Part shown: in pieces, positions 28,892 to 42,500 of the stretch
Layout of the letters: every line of letters starts with the position of its first letter
Numbering within the stretch: the first letter of the stretch is position 1
Source: a virus
Taxonomy: Duplodnaviria > Caudoviricetes
Strand: one strand, 5' to 3'
DNA: 63,196 bases
IMG/VR virus record: IMGVR_UViG_3300046171_000106
Location: 1 to 63,196 of that record
Translations under genes and position numbers: made by a program
Notes under the pieces: generated by a model
What the model was told of the DNA's origin: nothing
The model's database searches: none
Seen by the model: the letters and a program-made list of their open reading frames with translations, nothing else

Positions 28892-31395
28892 TTAAGACTT
28901 TAAACTTTGGATTTCTTCTTTGAGTTCTTTGATAGATTCTACGAGTAATGGTACTAGTAATTCATATCTTACACCTAATGTACCATCTTCTCTTTTACCA
29001 ACTGCCTCTGGAAGTACTTTCTGGACTTCTTGAGCAATGATACCTACATCTGATTTCTTGACAAACATATTATCAACACCACCTCTTGATTCAAGATGAC
29101 TATCTTTCCAATCAAAATTATAACCACCTAGTTGACTTACTTTGTCTAGTGCATTTGATATAGGATTTATGTTTTCTTTTAATGCATAGTCTGAACTATA
29201 GAATGCAGTGATATCACCAGTTGACCTAACTTCTCCAAAAGTCACTGTAGAGTTTGTTGCAACTGCTTGACCAATAGAGAATGTAGTTCCAGATAATGAT
29301 ATACCTGTACCAGCACTATAAGTCGTATTGGTATCAGTATTAGTATCTGTTGAACTAATTGTAAGAGTATTACCACTTCTTGATACAGTAGTTGCACCAC
29401 CACCATTAAATCTTACTGTTTCCCCAGCAGATATGTTATTCGTTTGTACCACCATTTGCATTAAAGTTCCAGTTCGTAGTGTTGGTATCGGTATTAGTAT
29501 CTGTAGAACTAATAACTAATGTGTTAGCTGCATCATTGTATGTTACAGATGTTGCACCAGAACCAGATATCATTGCACCAATAACATCTCTAATCTCTTC
29601 ATCACTTCTTTGTGTATTAGTATCAGTATTAGTGTCGGTTGAACTAATTGTTACTGAACCTGTTGCATCATTGTATGATACAGAGGTTGCACCACCACCA
29701 GATAACATTCCACCAACAATATCTTCGATATGTTCATGGACTAGACTTACTGCACCACTTGATACTGAGAAGTCTGTTGAATTAAACGAGGCAACACCTT
29801 TTGCAGATGTAGTTGCATCGTCTACTGAAAGTGCTAATGTATGTGTTCCACTTGACTCTGAATGTGAAGCATTTAAAGCTCCAGCTGCAGTAATAAAGAC
29901 ATTTTCTGTTTCTGCAACATGTCCTTTATCATTTGAAGCTGTACCAAATTCAAATCCAGAATATGTGTCTACTGATACTTCACTAGCTGCAGTTAATCTT
30001 CCCTGTGCATCAACTGTGAATGTTGGGATTGCACTTGCAGAACCATATGTATCTGCTGTTACAGCAGTGTTGTCTAGGTTTATAGTATGTGCAATACCTT
30101 CACCAGAAGTTGCACCAGTTGATGTTAAAGCAGTTCCTGCTACTAATGTACCAACATAGTTTCCTGTTGTGTCTGTTCCAAGTGCAACTGAGTTAGCTGC
30201 AACTGTAGTTGCAAAAGATACATTACCTAGGTTTGTGACTGTTCCTGTCCCTGTAACATCTCCTGTCAAAGTAATTGAGAAGTCAGCTACATCTAAATCC
30301 ATAGTACCATCTGAGTCTTGATATACTACACTAAGACCACTTTCGGTATTACCAGAGAACATTGCACCAACAATGTCTTCAATCTCTTCTTGAGTTTTAC
30401 CAGATGTATTAATTGTTAAAGTACCAGCTGCATCATCATATGATGTTGTTATGTTTGTACCAGCAGTAATTAATGCATTAACTCTATCGTCAACTCTTTC
30501 GTTTGTATAAAATAAATTTGTATTTTCTGTTAAGTTTGAGGTATTAACAACTCCTGTGACATCTGCTGTTGTTAATGTGACTGCACCTGTTCTACCAAAT
30601 ACACTTGTTACTGGAGCTCCTGCTTGACTAAATGATATGACACCTGTAGAATTATTATATGTGATATCTCCAGATGCACTAATTTGTGTTCTGACACTTG
30701 AAGTAAATCCAGATAAATCAGCTGCAGTAATTTGAGAACCATTAATTTTAATCTGTGAACCAGAGACTAAATCTAAATTACCATTGATGTAAACTTCGTT
30801 TGAAGTTCCACCAACATTTAAATAGATATCATCGACCATCTGATTCTAATTGAATTCCATATCCAGCAGCTGGAGTTGTAACAACACCTTGGTCATCTGC
30901 ATTAATAACTACACCAGCAGATGTATCATGATTGTAAATAGAACCAGCACCAGTCTTAGTCCATTGTGTTGTTGCAGCTTGAGTTGCACCAGCAACACCT
31001 TCATATGAACCAGTAAAGGATGTAATTCTTATAACATCTGAGTTAGCTGCAGAAGCAACAAGAGTAACACTTGTACCATTTGTTGCAGAATAATCTGTAC
31101 CATTTCTAAGTAGTATACCATTTTTAAATACTAAAACTCTATTAACTGAATACCTAAGAGTTTCTCCTAAGTTATCTGCACCACTAAATGTCTTGTTTGA
31201 ACTAGCACCATCTGAACCATCAAATTCAAAATCTTGGAAAAAGAAATACTGGTCAATAATACTATTGACTGCATCTACTAATGAACCCTTTTGACTTGTT
31301 CTAAGTGTACCTAATCCACCAACCTCATCTACAAGGTCGTTATAGGAAGTTCTTAAGACTTCTAGTGTATCATTGTTATTAACATTCTTTGCCAT
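28892..31395 (-). CDS. tail fibre with C-terminal intramolecular chaperone (S74-like); frameshifts near 30835 and 29450
   Basis: SD..LKENI, G.IAQEVQ.VLPEAV, V.YE.LVPLL.E.IKEL; three ORFs are contiguous and share repeat modules. Confidence 0.8.
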
Positions 31396-31591
31396 TACAT
31401 TTATCCAAAATTTGTGTCATCATTACTTTTAATTCTGACATTTCTACTTTTAAAGTTTCTATTTCTTTGTTCTTAGATTGCATAATTATTTTTCTTTTTT
31501 TATACAATGTATATGCATCTCTATCTGTATTTATAACAGCTTGAGAGAATTCATCTTTTATAAGATGGTCTTTTCCTTTAATCTTAGGCAA
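31379..31591 (-). CDS. small conserved coiled-coil protein
   Basis: L..D..S.AVIN.D...Y then a heptad tail; typical position after the DUF4815-like gene. Confidence 0.65.
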   Translation of the reverse strand: MPKIKGKDHLIKDEFSQAVINTDRDAYTLYKKRKIIMQSKNKEIETLKVEMSELKVMMTQILDKCNGKEC

Positions 31592-34500
31592 GTGCTAATC
31601 CTCTAAATGCTCTTATAGCACATGGTTGTGTTGTGTCTTTTGACTTCATTACAATCTTAACTGAGAATCCTAAGAACTCTTCTAAGTTATCTGCATCATA
31701 CTCATATGACCTAAACTTACTTGAGTCTGCATCTGGTACATTGTCTGTTGCAAATTCAGTCCAACCAAGTTCTTCTGTTGGTAAAGTATTATCTGCTTTC
31801 AATAATTTAAAGTATGTTCTAATCTCACCTAATGCAGTTCCAGCTGGTTTGAACCCATCAAAGATGACTTTCAATTGTGTTGCTGGGTTTTCTAATTGTA
31901 TTAATCTTGTACAGTAGATTGCAGAGTTATTATCTCCTTCTGGTTCTGTTGATTCAACAAAAGTTGAGTTTGTTGCAATATCATTAGAAGAACTTATTGA
32001 ATCAATTCTATTCATAATAGTATTTGCACCAATAGAACCTACATCAACAACTGGTGATACGAAATCAGAAGTTGTTGTCATGTCAAGTTCTAACTTGAAT
32101 GATTTTGCAGAACCCATTTCATTAGTTTCATTAATTTGTGATGCAATAATACCAGATGTTGTCATAAAGTTATTATCGTTTAAGACAATCGTCTGACTTG
32201 CATTTGCAAATGAATAACTATTTCCAGTTCCCTGTGGTTGATTTGTACTTGTTTTAAATAGTTCTGAACCTAAAGATGTCTTAGGATAAATTACATTAGG
32301 TACTAAAGTATGAACAACATCAAAGTACATATTCTCTGTTGCAAATATATTTACACCACCACCTGTAACATTGTCTGTACCACCTAAGATGATTTCCTAG
32401 AGATACATTAATCTCATATGAGTCTAAATCAAATGATTGTATTGCAGTGTGAGTTGTATTAATCTTACTAATTGGTATTCCACCTAAAGTATCTTCTACA
32501 GATGCAACTGTAAATGTTGCAAATGTTGTTGCACCAGAACCACCAACTGCATCTTGTCTAATTGTAATTGTTTCGTTTACTGCATAGTTAAAGCCAGGAT
32601 TATTAATTTTAAGTGAACTTATATTTGTGTTTGTATTAAGGATTACATCAAAAGTTGCACCAGAACCATTTCCACTGGAAACTCCACTTATTCCTGTATA
32701 AGTAGCAGATGCACCTGTTCCAGTTACATTACTAGTTGCAGTTAGGATACCATTATCCTTATCTCCCTCAACACCAGATATGATTACATTTGAATCACCA
32801 TCATACATACCATGTGATTGATGCAATACTCTTACTCTGTCTCTATCACTTGTTCCAACAACCTCGATTGCATTTCTTTTTAATTTCTTATTTGGTATTG
32901 ATTTATTTTCTAGAACTACTTTACCAGATGTTGAACTAAACTTACATCTGTTAATATTGAATTTTAAATCTTGTAATTGTTCTGGAGTCCAAGTTGAACT
33001 GTTTTGTGATTTGAATAATACACCAGCATATGGTTGTCTGTCGATTGGTTCTTTTGTATGAACATCGAAATCACCCATCTGACCAACCCAAGCTAAGTAT
33101 GCATTTGAATTTGATTCAAGTACAAAACAATATTCTGTATTTGGATTCAAGTATACTGGTGCTGGGAAAGTAAACTTAGTAGCTGTTTGTGCATTTGCAC
33201 TTGTTGTAATCTCACTTGGATATAATGTTTTCTCTGCAAAAGGTAATACCTTCTGAGTTGGTGAACCATTTAACATCTGTCTAATAGAACATGTTACTGG
33301 TAATCCACCACCATCTTTTGCACTAAAGAATACTTCAATAGAATTTATAAATACACCCTCTTCTCTTTCTACTAAGAATGATTGTGCAAGTGGGTCAACC
33401 CATCTTGTTGTAGTACTAACATCAACAAGTTGATTTGCTCTACCTTCGTTTACTGTTTCATTTACTACTCTACCATTTCTTGTAGAAATAACTTCTGTTT
33501 GTGTAGAAGTTAATGAACCATTTGCCATGAAGTTTGCAAATGCAGAAGTGGTTGACAATGCACTATCGACTGTATCAGTATCAGTAACTTTTAAAGTTCT
33601 AACACCAGTTTCAAATCTTAAGGTGTCATCGTTTGGTACTGTAAAGGTTGCATTAAGTTTACCTTGATTATCTGTTTTAAGTTTTGTTCCCTTTGAAGTT
33701 CCACCACTTACACCATAAGTTCCAGATGCTGGAGTACAATGTGCATTTACATTGATGTTATCAAAGAATACATTTAATGCAGTATTTGGTTTTAACAATT
33801 CACCAGTTAAGGTAATGTCTATTGTTCTCATGAAGTTGATTGCAGATACACCAACAACTCTATCATTTCTTGTTGTTGAAATATCTTCTACTACATTAGT
33901 TATAATACCACTTCTTCTTTCTCTTGTTGGTATAGTTCTAACCTGTGTAGTTGTAACTGCAACTCTACCTCTACCCCTATTAATTCTTTGTCTTCTTCTT
34001 CTAAATCTTCTACCTCTAAGTAATTCAAACTCTTCTGGTTCGTCACCTAACATATTATTTTCTAAGAAGTTACCTACTTGTTGGGTTACAGTTGGAATAC
34101 CTGCCCATGTTTGTTGCCAATCATTCCATACTGTACCTACTTCAACACCAGCTAATACTGCATCAAAGTTTCCTTCTTGAGATGAAGTAATACTTGGTAG
34201 TTGTTCCATGTCATGCCAAACATCCTTGTCTGGACTTAGTTCCATTCTTCCTACAAAGTTTGCAACATCATATGGGTTAACATTGACTTGTTGTGATGCT
34301 TTGTTAGAAGTGATATGAGCTTCTTCTGTAAATGGTAATGTAAGTAAATCACCACTTTTAGTAATATTAGAAGAGATACCTGTATTGTATTCTAGGTCAA
34401 AATAATTTGTTCTATGTGATGGTCTTGCAATACCTTCTTTTTGGTCTACTGCAATACCATAGTCTGGGTGGAATACATCTCCAACTCCATGACCTTTAAA

Positions 34501-37500
34501 TGGGTCGACAACAAAACCAGATTTAAATTTATCAAATCCATCGTCATCTAAAACTTGTAATGTTTCTGTTTTTTCTTCCAACATAGAAAGTGAGACTGCT
34601 GTTTCTAATTGAGTAAGTCTCCTTTGCATACCATCAATATCTCTCATGGTATATCGTCTATGTTGTACTAATTGTGTTTCTATATCTCCTACATCTGGAG
34701 TAAATGCTGGTATGAATACTTCTGCAACTTCAATTGCATTATCAACCTTTGCACCTTTCTTAGGTACATCGGAAGGTTCACCACTTACTACAACAAACTC
34801 TCCTAATGCAGTTAAGAATATTCTATCAAGTCTTGCAAGATAGTGGTCATAGTCTACTGTAATATTTGAACCTATTTTTGCAAGGTCTGGATTGAAAGAA
34901 CCATTCCCTTCAAATGTAGTTGCACTATATGACATTGGTAAAGAACTTATACCAGAAATATTTTGTGGAGATGATATATCATTTGATGGTTGTGTTCCTA
35001 GTAGTCTAGCTGCAACTGGTCTATAGTCAATTGAGTCTGCAAGATGGAATTCACCATCTGCATCAAAGGATGCACTTGGGTCAAATCTATCTGCAACATA
35101 ACTTGGTACTTCGTCAAATGCAAGAGTACCATATGAATTACCAGTAAATACATTACCACCACCAGAGTGAGTAAAGAAGTCAATAATAATCATTAACTTA
35201 TTACTAGGTGCTGGTTTTCCTTTCTTTCTAGTTAATTTAGATATACCATAGTATCCATCTCTTTGACCATCGTCAAACATGAAACTATCTGTAATTTCTT
35301 TTGAACCATTTGATAAGTTACTAATTGTTCCAGATTTTTCTGAACCATCTATAAAGGTTATTCCTTCTCCATTTTGGAATTTTCCAGAACCCTGTTTGTA
35401 ATAGAAGAAACAAGTGTTAGAGTCATTCTCAATTAGAATACCTCTTGCATTTGAAACACTACCTGTAACTTCAACACCACCATTAGATAATGCATTACTT
35501 CCAGCATCTGCTGTATATGTAAACGATGGTGGTACTGGGTCTGTAGATGCAGTTGCACCACCAGACGATATTGCATTACCACCCTCAAAAACTCCTCTTA
35601 CTGCATATACATCTGACATACCTAAAGTAATATCATTATGTTGATATGACTGACCATAATTTGATGTTGAGTTTGCAGTGTCTACTGATAATACACCACC
35701 TTTGACTAATGTTTTAGTTGATTCTGATACTGAACCTCTTTGTACTGTTACGATAACTTTACAATTTACATTATTAACACCTACATCGATATTTACTGTA
35801 CCAGTGTTTGAACCATTACTAATTGATACATCACTAGAAGCTAATGATATCTTAGCACCATTATCACTTCTTGATGCATGGTAATCATCTTCATTAAATG
35901 CAACGAATGTACCATCTGAGGATGTTACTGTGCATATTCCTGTACCACTTGATTGTACTATTACTTCTCTTCGTACTACTTCTGTTTCGATTGAAATGTC
36001 TTTGATACCAGAGTTAGGTAATCCAGATATTGCAACTGTTTGGTCTGGTTTATAAAATTTTGCTCTTTGTCTTACTACTGAACCATTGAATGATGCAGAT
36101 AAATCAGTTACTATTGCTGTGTCATTATCTGTAACAGAAATTACAGTTGAGTTACTACCATCTGGGAATAATAGTTTATCCCCTTCGATTAATTCAGAAG
36201 TGAACTTAGATGCAACACCTGTTATGGTATCGTTTGCAGAATCACCATCAGCAGTACCAAATGCACTACCTGTTAATGTGAAGTTATCTTCTAATACTAC
36301 ATCTCCACCAAATTCTTGGAATACACCTGTTCCTCTATCTTGATGTACTCTTCTTATTCTACCAATATCAAATATTCTTGTTGCACTGACAGCTACACCA
36401 CCAGATGCATTTTGTATTTTTCTTACTACATCACTAGTATTAAATTGTCCTACAACACTATGTACTAATACTGTTGTTCCACTTGATACTGCTTTTGCAA
36501 CAATACCTGTTGCACCAGAAACAGAACCAACAATTTTTTGTCCTTTAGAAAATGATACTGATGCAGTTGTTAATTTTGTAAACATCTGAACATCAAATAA
36601 ATGTAATGCATCACTTGATGTATCAAAGTTTTCGTATGCTCTTACTCTTGCAAAACCTATTTCACTTCCACCACCATCATCACTTGCAACTGAACCCTTT
36701 GCAGTGTCCATAAGTGTGACTGTTGAGAATGCAGATAAATCTCCAGTATCACCAATATCTGGTAGACCATATACATTATTAATCTTTAAGAAGTTACCTA
36801 TTCTAAATGCAGATGCAACATTATCTTTTGATGCAGTTGTTCTTGCTTTATCGAAAGTTAAAAATGAAGGAGTTTGTTTGTCTACTTCGAATCCTCTTAC
36901 ATAAGATTTACCAGCAGATACTACTGCAATAAATTTGGATTCATCTCCAATTGGAGTTGATGTTGAAGTATAAACACCATTATTTGATAAGTCGTTTAAG
37001 TGTTCTCTAAATGCAAGAGTAAATGGTTGTAAAGTGTAATCACCAGACTCATCGAATGTTCTTCTTGCAAGTGTTTCTTGAATTCTATTATATTCTGTAA
37101 TCTCTTGTTTTCTAACTACTTCACCAGCAGACAATCTCATTAATTCAATAAAGTCTGTTGAGTCTGTTGCAGTTAACGATTTCTTTGCAAGAGTTAATTG
37201 TACTTTTAATCTGTCAGCACCTGGCGCATTTTCATTTGATGAACCCTGTGCATTATCTAGTAAAGTTGTATCCTCTGTATAAGTTGTAAAGGTTTCTGCA
37301 ATATCTACACCAACCTTATAGGATGGAGTATTAGAATACTTTTCTAAAATAATTGTTTGTGCTGGAACTTGTACAAACATACCTCTAGTATAAATGATAC
37401 CTTCTGATATACTTGCAGCTGAACCTACCATAGACCCTACATTAATAGAACCTGCTACTGAAAAAATCTTAAATTGATTATTTGATGATACAGAAGAATA

Positions 37501-37995
37501 TCCACCAAGACCATTTGCATCTTGAGTTACTTCATCTATTATTTCACCATCTTGAAATTCTGTAAAGAATGTAGAACCAGAGTTACCTGTTGCTTGATAT
37601 TTAACATGTAATGTTAGATTATCGGTTGTAGTTTTCTGACTTGAGTTTACAACTTTACCTACAACACCAGAGGTTAATCCTTTAAAGAATTTACCTACTG
37701 ATTCTGCACGAAAAGATTCAGTGGCAGACACACCACTTCCATTTGGATTAGTATCTTCAACCCTTACTCCAAAGTATTGATTGTCATAATTAGTTCTTGC
37801 ACCAAGGATGATTGCACCCTCTTTGAACATGTGAGAACCAAATCGTTCAATTTGATTTTGAAGTATTGATTGTAATTGTGTTAGTTCCCTAGCCTGTATG
37901 GCTGCAGATGGTTTGAAGAGGATACGATGAAAACTCTTATCCTCTGCAAAATCATCATAATAAGGACTAACATTAAGGTCTGTTTTTTGAGCCAC
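31584..37995 (-). CDS. large virion structural protein (DUF4815-like); frameshift near 32375
   Basis: N..PYYDDF, QARELTQLQSILQNQ, RT.DESG.Y, RYTM.DI, DPLAQSF, LFKSQN.STW. Confidence 0.85.
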
Positions 37996-38006
37996 TGTTA
38001 GTTATC

Positions 38007-39443
38007 CTACATTTCAATTATTAGTTTAATATCCTCAATCTGGTCAGCTGCCCTTGCTACTGCACCACGATTTTCTAAGTATACAATGTCACCAGAGTTT
38101 CTTTGTACTTCTGGATACGCTGCACTTACACCATTACTTGAGTTGATAGTACCTTTTTGTGTACTACCTACAAAAACACCATTGCTATTTGCAAATGCAT
38201 TAAAGTTTCCAACTGAATCTACACTTGGTAGATAATAAACATATCTATTAGTTGAATCAACTGATACTACTTTACCTGTTGCAGTTCCACTTGTTATGGA
38301 AGCTGCACTTGCTATTGTAGAGTCAACTGCTGGCATTGTTGCACCAGACTGTAATGTAATTCTATTTAATGCACTTAGTGTTGTTGCACTTGACAAAGTG
38401 TTACCACCAGCATTGGTTGGATTTACAATTAAACCAATTTGTCTAAAGTCGTTATCTGTTGGGAAGTCACCAGAACCCTCTGCATATTCTAATCGAGAGT
38501 TTACGATGACATAGTTTCCACCTAATTCTTCTACTGGGTCTGACCCATGTCCATTTTTAGGACTAATGATTATATCAAAAGCTGCACCAGTTCCAGAAGA
38601 ACTTGTTGCAGTTCTGAGTAATGCATTATCTATACTTGCAACTGAGTATCCACTACCCACTGCATTTACTGTTACTGCTGTAATAGCACCAGAAGACACT
38701 GTTACTTGTAGTTGTCCACTTGCACCATCACCACTAATTGCAACATTGAAGTTACCATCTGAACCATATGAAGAACCACCTGCTGTGACTCTTGCATGTT
38801 CTATAGTACCATCTGTTGCACCATTTTCTACATCCCATTGTGCAGAGTTATCATCTGCAGCTGCAGTTCCTAGTCCACCAACATCACCCTCAACTCCTGC
38901 TTTTGCACCAATAGTTTTTACTGGTATGAAATCAGATGTTACAAATTTAATAACATCGGATGCAGAGATAGAATACATAAATTTCCATTTGTATCCATCA
39001 CCTGTTGTTAAGATGTTTGTTGAAGTACCTGTTGGCATAACTGTTGAGTCTGCACCATTATTATTTGAGATTACTTTATATACATTGTAATCACTGGTTA
39101 CAACATGAAATGTTGATGCCCATAAAGTAGATGCATTACTTGTTGATTTGTTACTTGATGTGTAATTATGCCTATACTCATCATATTTTGTTCCACTTGT
39201 CCAGTCTCTTCGGATAATGGCATGACTTACATCTGTTGATGAAACTTTTTTAAGTGCTGTCATATTTGCATATGCATCATACTCATCATTTAGAGAGTCT
39301 ACTGGAGTCGGCGGGTTTGAATCATCTGTCCACGATAAAGGTCTTCCAATAAACATATACATTGCATTACCAGTTTCGGTTGCACTTTGTTTGAATTCCT
39401 TTGCGTTGTGGAGACGAAATTTTTCGGTAATTATCGCTGCCAT
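38007..39443 (-). CDS. gp8: baseplate wedge protein gp8
   Basis: YNVYK.I.N, DGYKWKFMY, PK.GHG.DP..ELG, DFRQIG, Q.EDIK. Confidence 0.9.
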   Translation of the reverse strand: MAAIITEKFRLHNAKEFKQSATETGNAMYMFIGRPLSWTDDSNPPTPVDSLNDEYDAYANMTALKKVSSTDVSHAIIRRDWTSGTKYDEYRHNYTSSNKSTSNASTLWASTFHVVTSDYNVYKVISNNNGADSTVMPTGTSTNILTTGDGYKWKFMYSISASDVIKFVTSDFIPVKTIGAKAGVEGDVGGLGTAAADDNSAQWDVENGATDGTIEHARVTAGGSSYGSDGNFNVAISGDGASGQLQVTVSSGAITAVTVNAVGSGYSVASIDNALLRTATSSSGTGAAFDIIISPKNGHGSDPVEELGGNYVIVNSRLEYAEGSGDFPTDNDFRQIGLIVNPTNAGGNTLSSATTLSALNRITLQSGATMPAVDSTIASAASITSGTATGKVVSVDSTNRYVYYLPSVDSVGNFNAFANSNGVFVGSTQKGTINSSNGVSAAYPEVQRNSGDIVYLENRGAVARAADQIEDIKLIIEM

Positions 39444-39482
39444 TTTATCCTTTCCTCTAAGTTAAAAATTAATACTAGTAAG

Positions 39483-39500
39483 TATTTATATGTATTTATA
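39483..39500 (-). promoter_or_regulatory. tandem late promoters upstream of gp8
   Basis: Two TATAAATA at 39483-39490 and 39493-39500. Confidence 0.7.
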
Positions 39501-42500
39501 CACCAGATTGTACAGAAGCTGGGTAATTTAATATCATTTTCCTACCTACATGTTCCTGTAAATCAGAAACACTTTCATTTGGATATAAAGTACTTATATC
39601 ACTAATTTTAACACCTTCATAAGGTGCTTCTACAAGTACTCTACCTGCCTCATTCTCCATGAGAATATTATCACCATCTTCCTGTGTTATCCTTTCCTCA
39701 AATTTAAGGGATTGAGAGAACCCTATTTTTGCAAGGTCACCTAGTGTTGGGCCAAGTCTTTCGACTGGTTCACCAAATGATATTGCGTTTTCTTGGATTA
39801 CTCTAGTACCATCTTCATATACAAGTGTGTCTTGTAAATCGGATATTATAAAGTATGAACCCAAGTTAAATGACCTTTCAGTCACAAATCTTTCATGTTT
39901 TTCTATATGTGTTGCTTCTTCTAATGCAAGTCTACTATCATCTTCCAGTGTTATTTCTTCTGTTGCATCTACTGTCCACTTGTCTCCAACATAATATTTT
40001 CCATCGGTTGTAGTTAAAGAATTATATCTTTCTGGTTCTGGTTCTGCCATTAAGAATCCATGGTCAATCTCTTCTATTAGATATGAACCATCTTCTGTTA
40101 TGATAAACTCTTCATCGACATTTGCAACTGAGTTAATTCGTTTTGCATCGGATGGAACTAAGTGATTACTATTTCCTGTTGCAAGGTTATTAATTATAGA
40201 ATCTCTATTTGCACTCTTAATTGTTTCACCCCAATCTAATCCACCTGTATATGCAATTGTAGTTGTTGCACCACTACCTCTTAGACCCTGTTGATTTGCA
40301 TCTTCTTTACTATCTGGAACTATAGTTAATGTTCTACCAGATTTAGTATTTGCACTTGCAAAGGTTTGTAGTATTGTAATGTTCTTTCTTTGTTGTCTGT
40401 TTGCACCTTCATAGAATTCAACTGCAATATCTCTTTTAGGGTCAACTGATAATGATGGTCTACTTGGAACTGATACTGGAGAGTTATGACCTATGTCAAC
40501 TTTAACTATTCCCTCATGGACATGATGTTCTTCTACTGTCGTTGCAGTAAAGTGTGTTGTACCACCAGATTCGTTTGTGATTGCCTCAGTTGTAAAACTT
40601 CCTAAGTTTGCACCAAGTAAATCTGCACCTTCCCATACAATAATAAACTTATTAACTGTATCGTGTTCCATAACACGACCTAACTTACCAGAAGATGCAC
40701 CTTTTACATTTTGACCTATTGACAATGCATTGTCTAAAGTGTTATAATAGATTCTGGTATGTGCATAGTGAGGCATTATCTCTAATTCTTTTACAACCTC
40801 ATGACCATGTGCAGTTACATTTGCACGAATAATCCTATCATACAATCCAACATCTGATTCTGTAATATCCTGTCCTATAATAAATGCTTGTCCAGAACCT
40901 TGGTCTGTCTTAGTACTTGCATCTACTACTGTATTAACAATTGCTTTCTTACCAGAAGATGAACCAACAATACCATGGACAAATTCTATATCTGTATCTG
41001 ATTGGTCTGTTTTCCAATCACCATGTGTCTCTTTAAACAAACCAAAGACACCTGCTCTTCCACCTTCGGAAGTTAATTGTTTCATTGCAGTATGGTCTGG
41101 AATAATGTTGTCAATAATTAATGTATTTCCAGATTTAGATACGACTCTACCTGTGATTGTTGCAATGTCTCCACTTTGTGTTTTGAATAAATTCTGTGAT
41201 ACTGTTTCTCCAACTGTAAATGCAGTTGAACCAGCTGGTGCCATATCAGTTGTACTTAATGTTAATTGTAACTTATCATCTGCAAGGAATCTTTCAGTTA
41301 CTACAACACCAGAGTTGTCTTCATAAATTATGTTTTGTTCTTCTGCATAGAATACATCTTCTTCTCCAGATGCAACTGTTCCTTCTTCTAGAATAACTTT
41401 TGCTGGGTCAATCTTAGAACCAATATAAAGTGTTGGTACAAATGACCTTGTAACTCTGTCACCATCGAACCCATCATCGTTAGAACCTGTTCTGTAAGCT
41501 TCTGCACTACCATCTAGATTATTAACAATTGCAACTTCTCCAAAGAATATTGTACCTGCTGGGTTTAATAATTGTTGTACAACTGAACGATAGTTGTTAA
41601 TACTTTGACCAACTTTAATTACATATGAAAAGTCTTGGTAGAATTTTGAATCCTGTATTCTTTGTGCAGTTACAGATGGGAAACCTACATCACTTGTATA
41701 GTTACCATCTACTTTACTAATTGAATTATTTTTTGCACCTACTGTTGCTGGGTTACCTTCTAATATCTGGAATGTTTTACCATCGGATGCAGTTACAGTT
41801 TCACCCTTTCTAAACATACCTTGTGTAGGTTCAATACTTACAAGGTTTTTATCACCATCTACAATCTTAATTGTACCTGTTGCACCAGAAGCTGCACCTG
41901 TAACTGTGGTATCAACTACTGGAATACCAGATGCTCTACCATAAATAAAATGATTTCTAAAGTCTGGTATACCAGAAGATTTATCAAAGTGATTACCTTC
42001 TTCTATAATTCTTAGTTGTCCTATTGAACCAATCTTATCACCATAAGGTAAAAGTTTTGCACCAACACCTGTAGTAAAACTATTTTGTTTGACTGTTGCA
42101 GTTGCACCAGAAGCTGCACCTGTAACTGTATTACCTACACTAAATGTTGTAGTGTCGGTTGTAGTTTGTAGTTTTGCAATGATAAGTTTGTTTGCACCTT
42201 TATCGTGGTCAACTAATCTTCCTGTTGTTGTTCCAGATGTTACTGTTTCACCAATAGTAAAATTAGGTGTTGTTTCTTCTGAGTAGAAAACTTCACCACC
42301 AACAAATGCTTGTGGAAGGGATTGATATCCTACACCACTAGTTAACATTCTAACTCTTGATATTGCACCTGTTGGGTTTGCACCAGATTGGTCAAAGAGT
42401 ACTTTGTTCTCTCCTGTTGACTGCAATCCATCTTCTAAAATTAAAGTTGTTTCTTCTGGGTCTGCAAATACTTCTATCACTGTTCCTGCGTTACCAACAT

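Noticed and set aside
33960-34020. Arg-rich RGRRFRRRRQRINRGRGR segment in the DUF4815-like protein
   Set aside because: Low-complexity variable loop; no further support for a separate function
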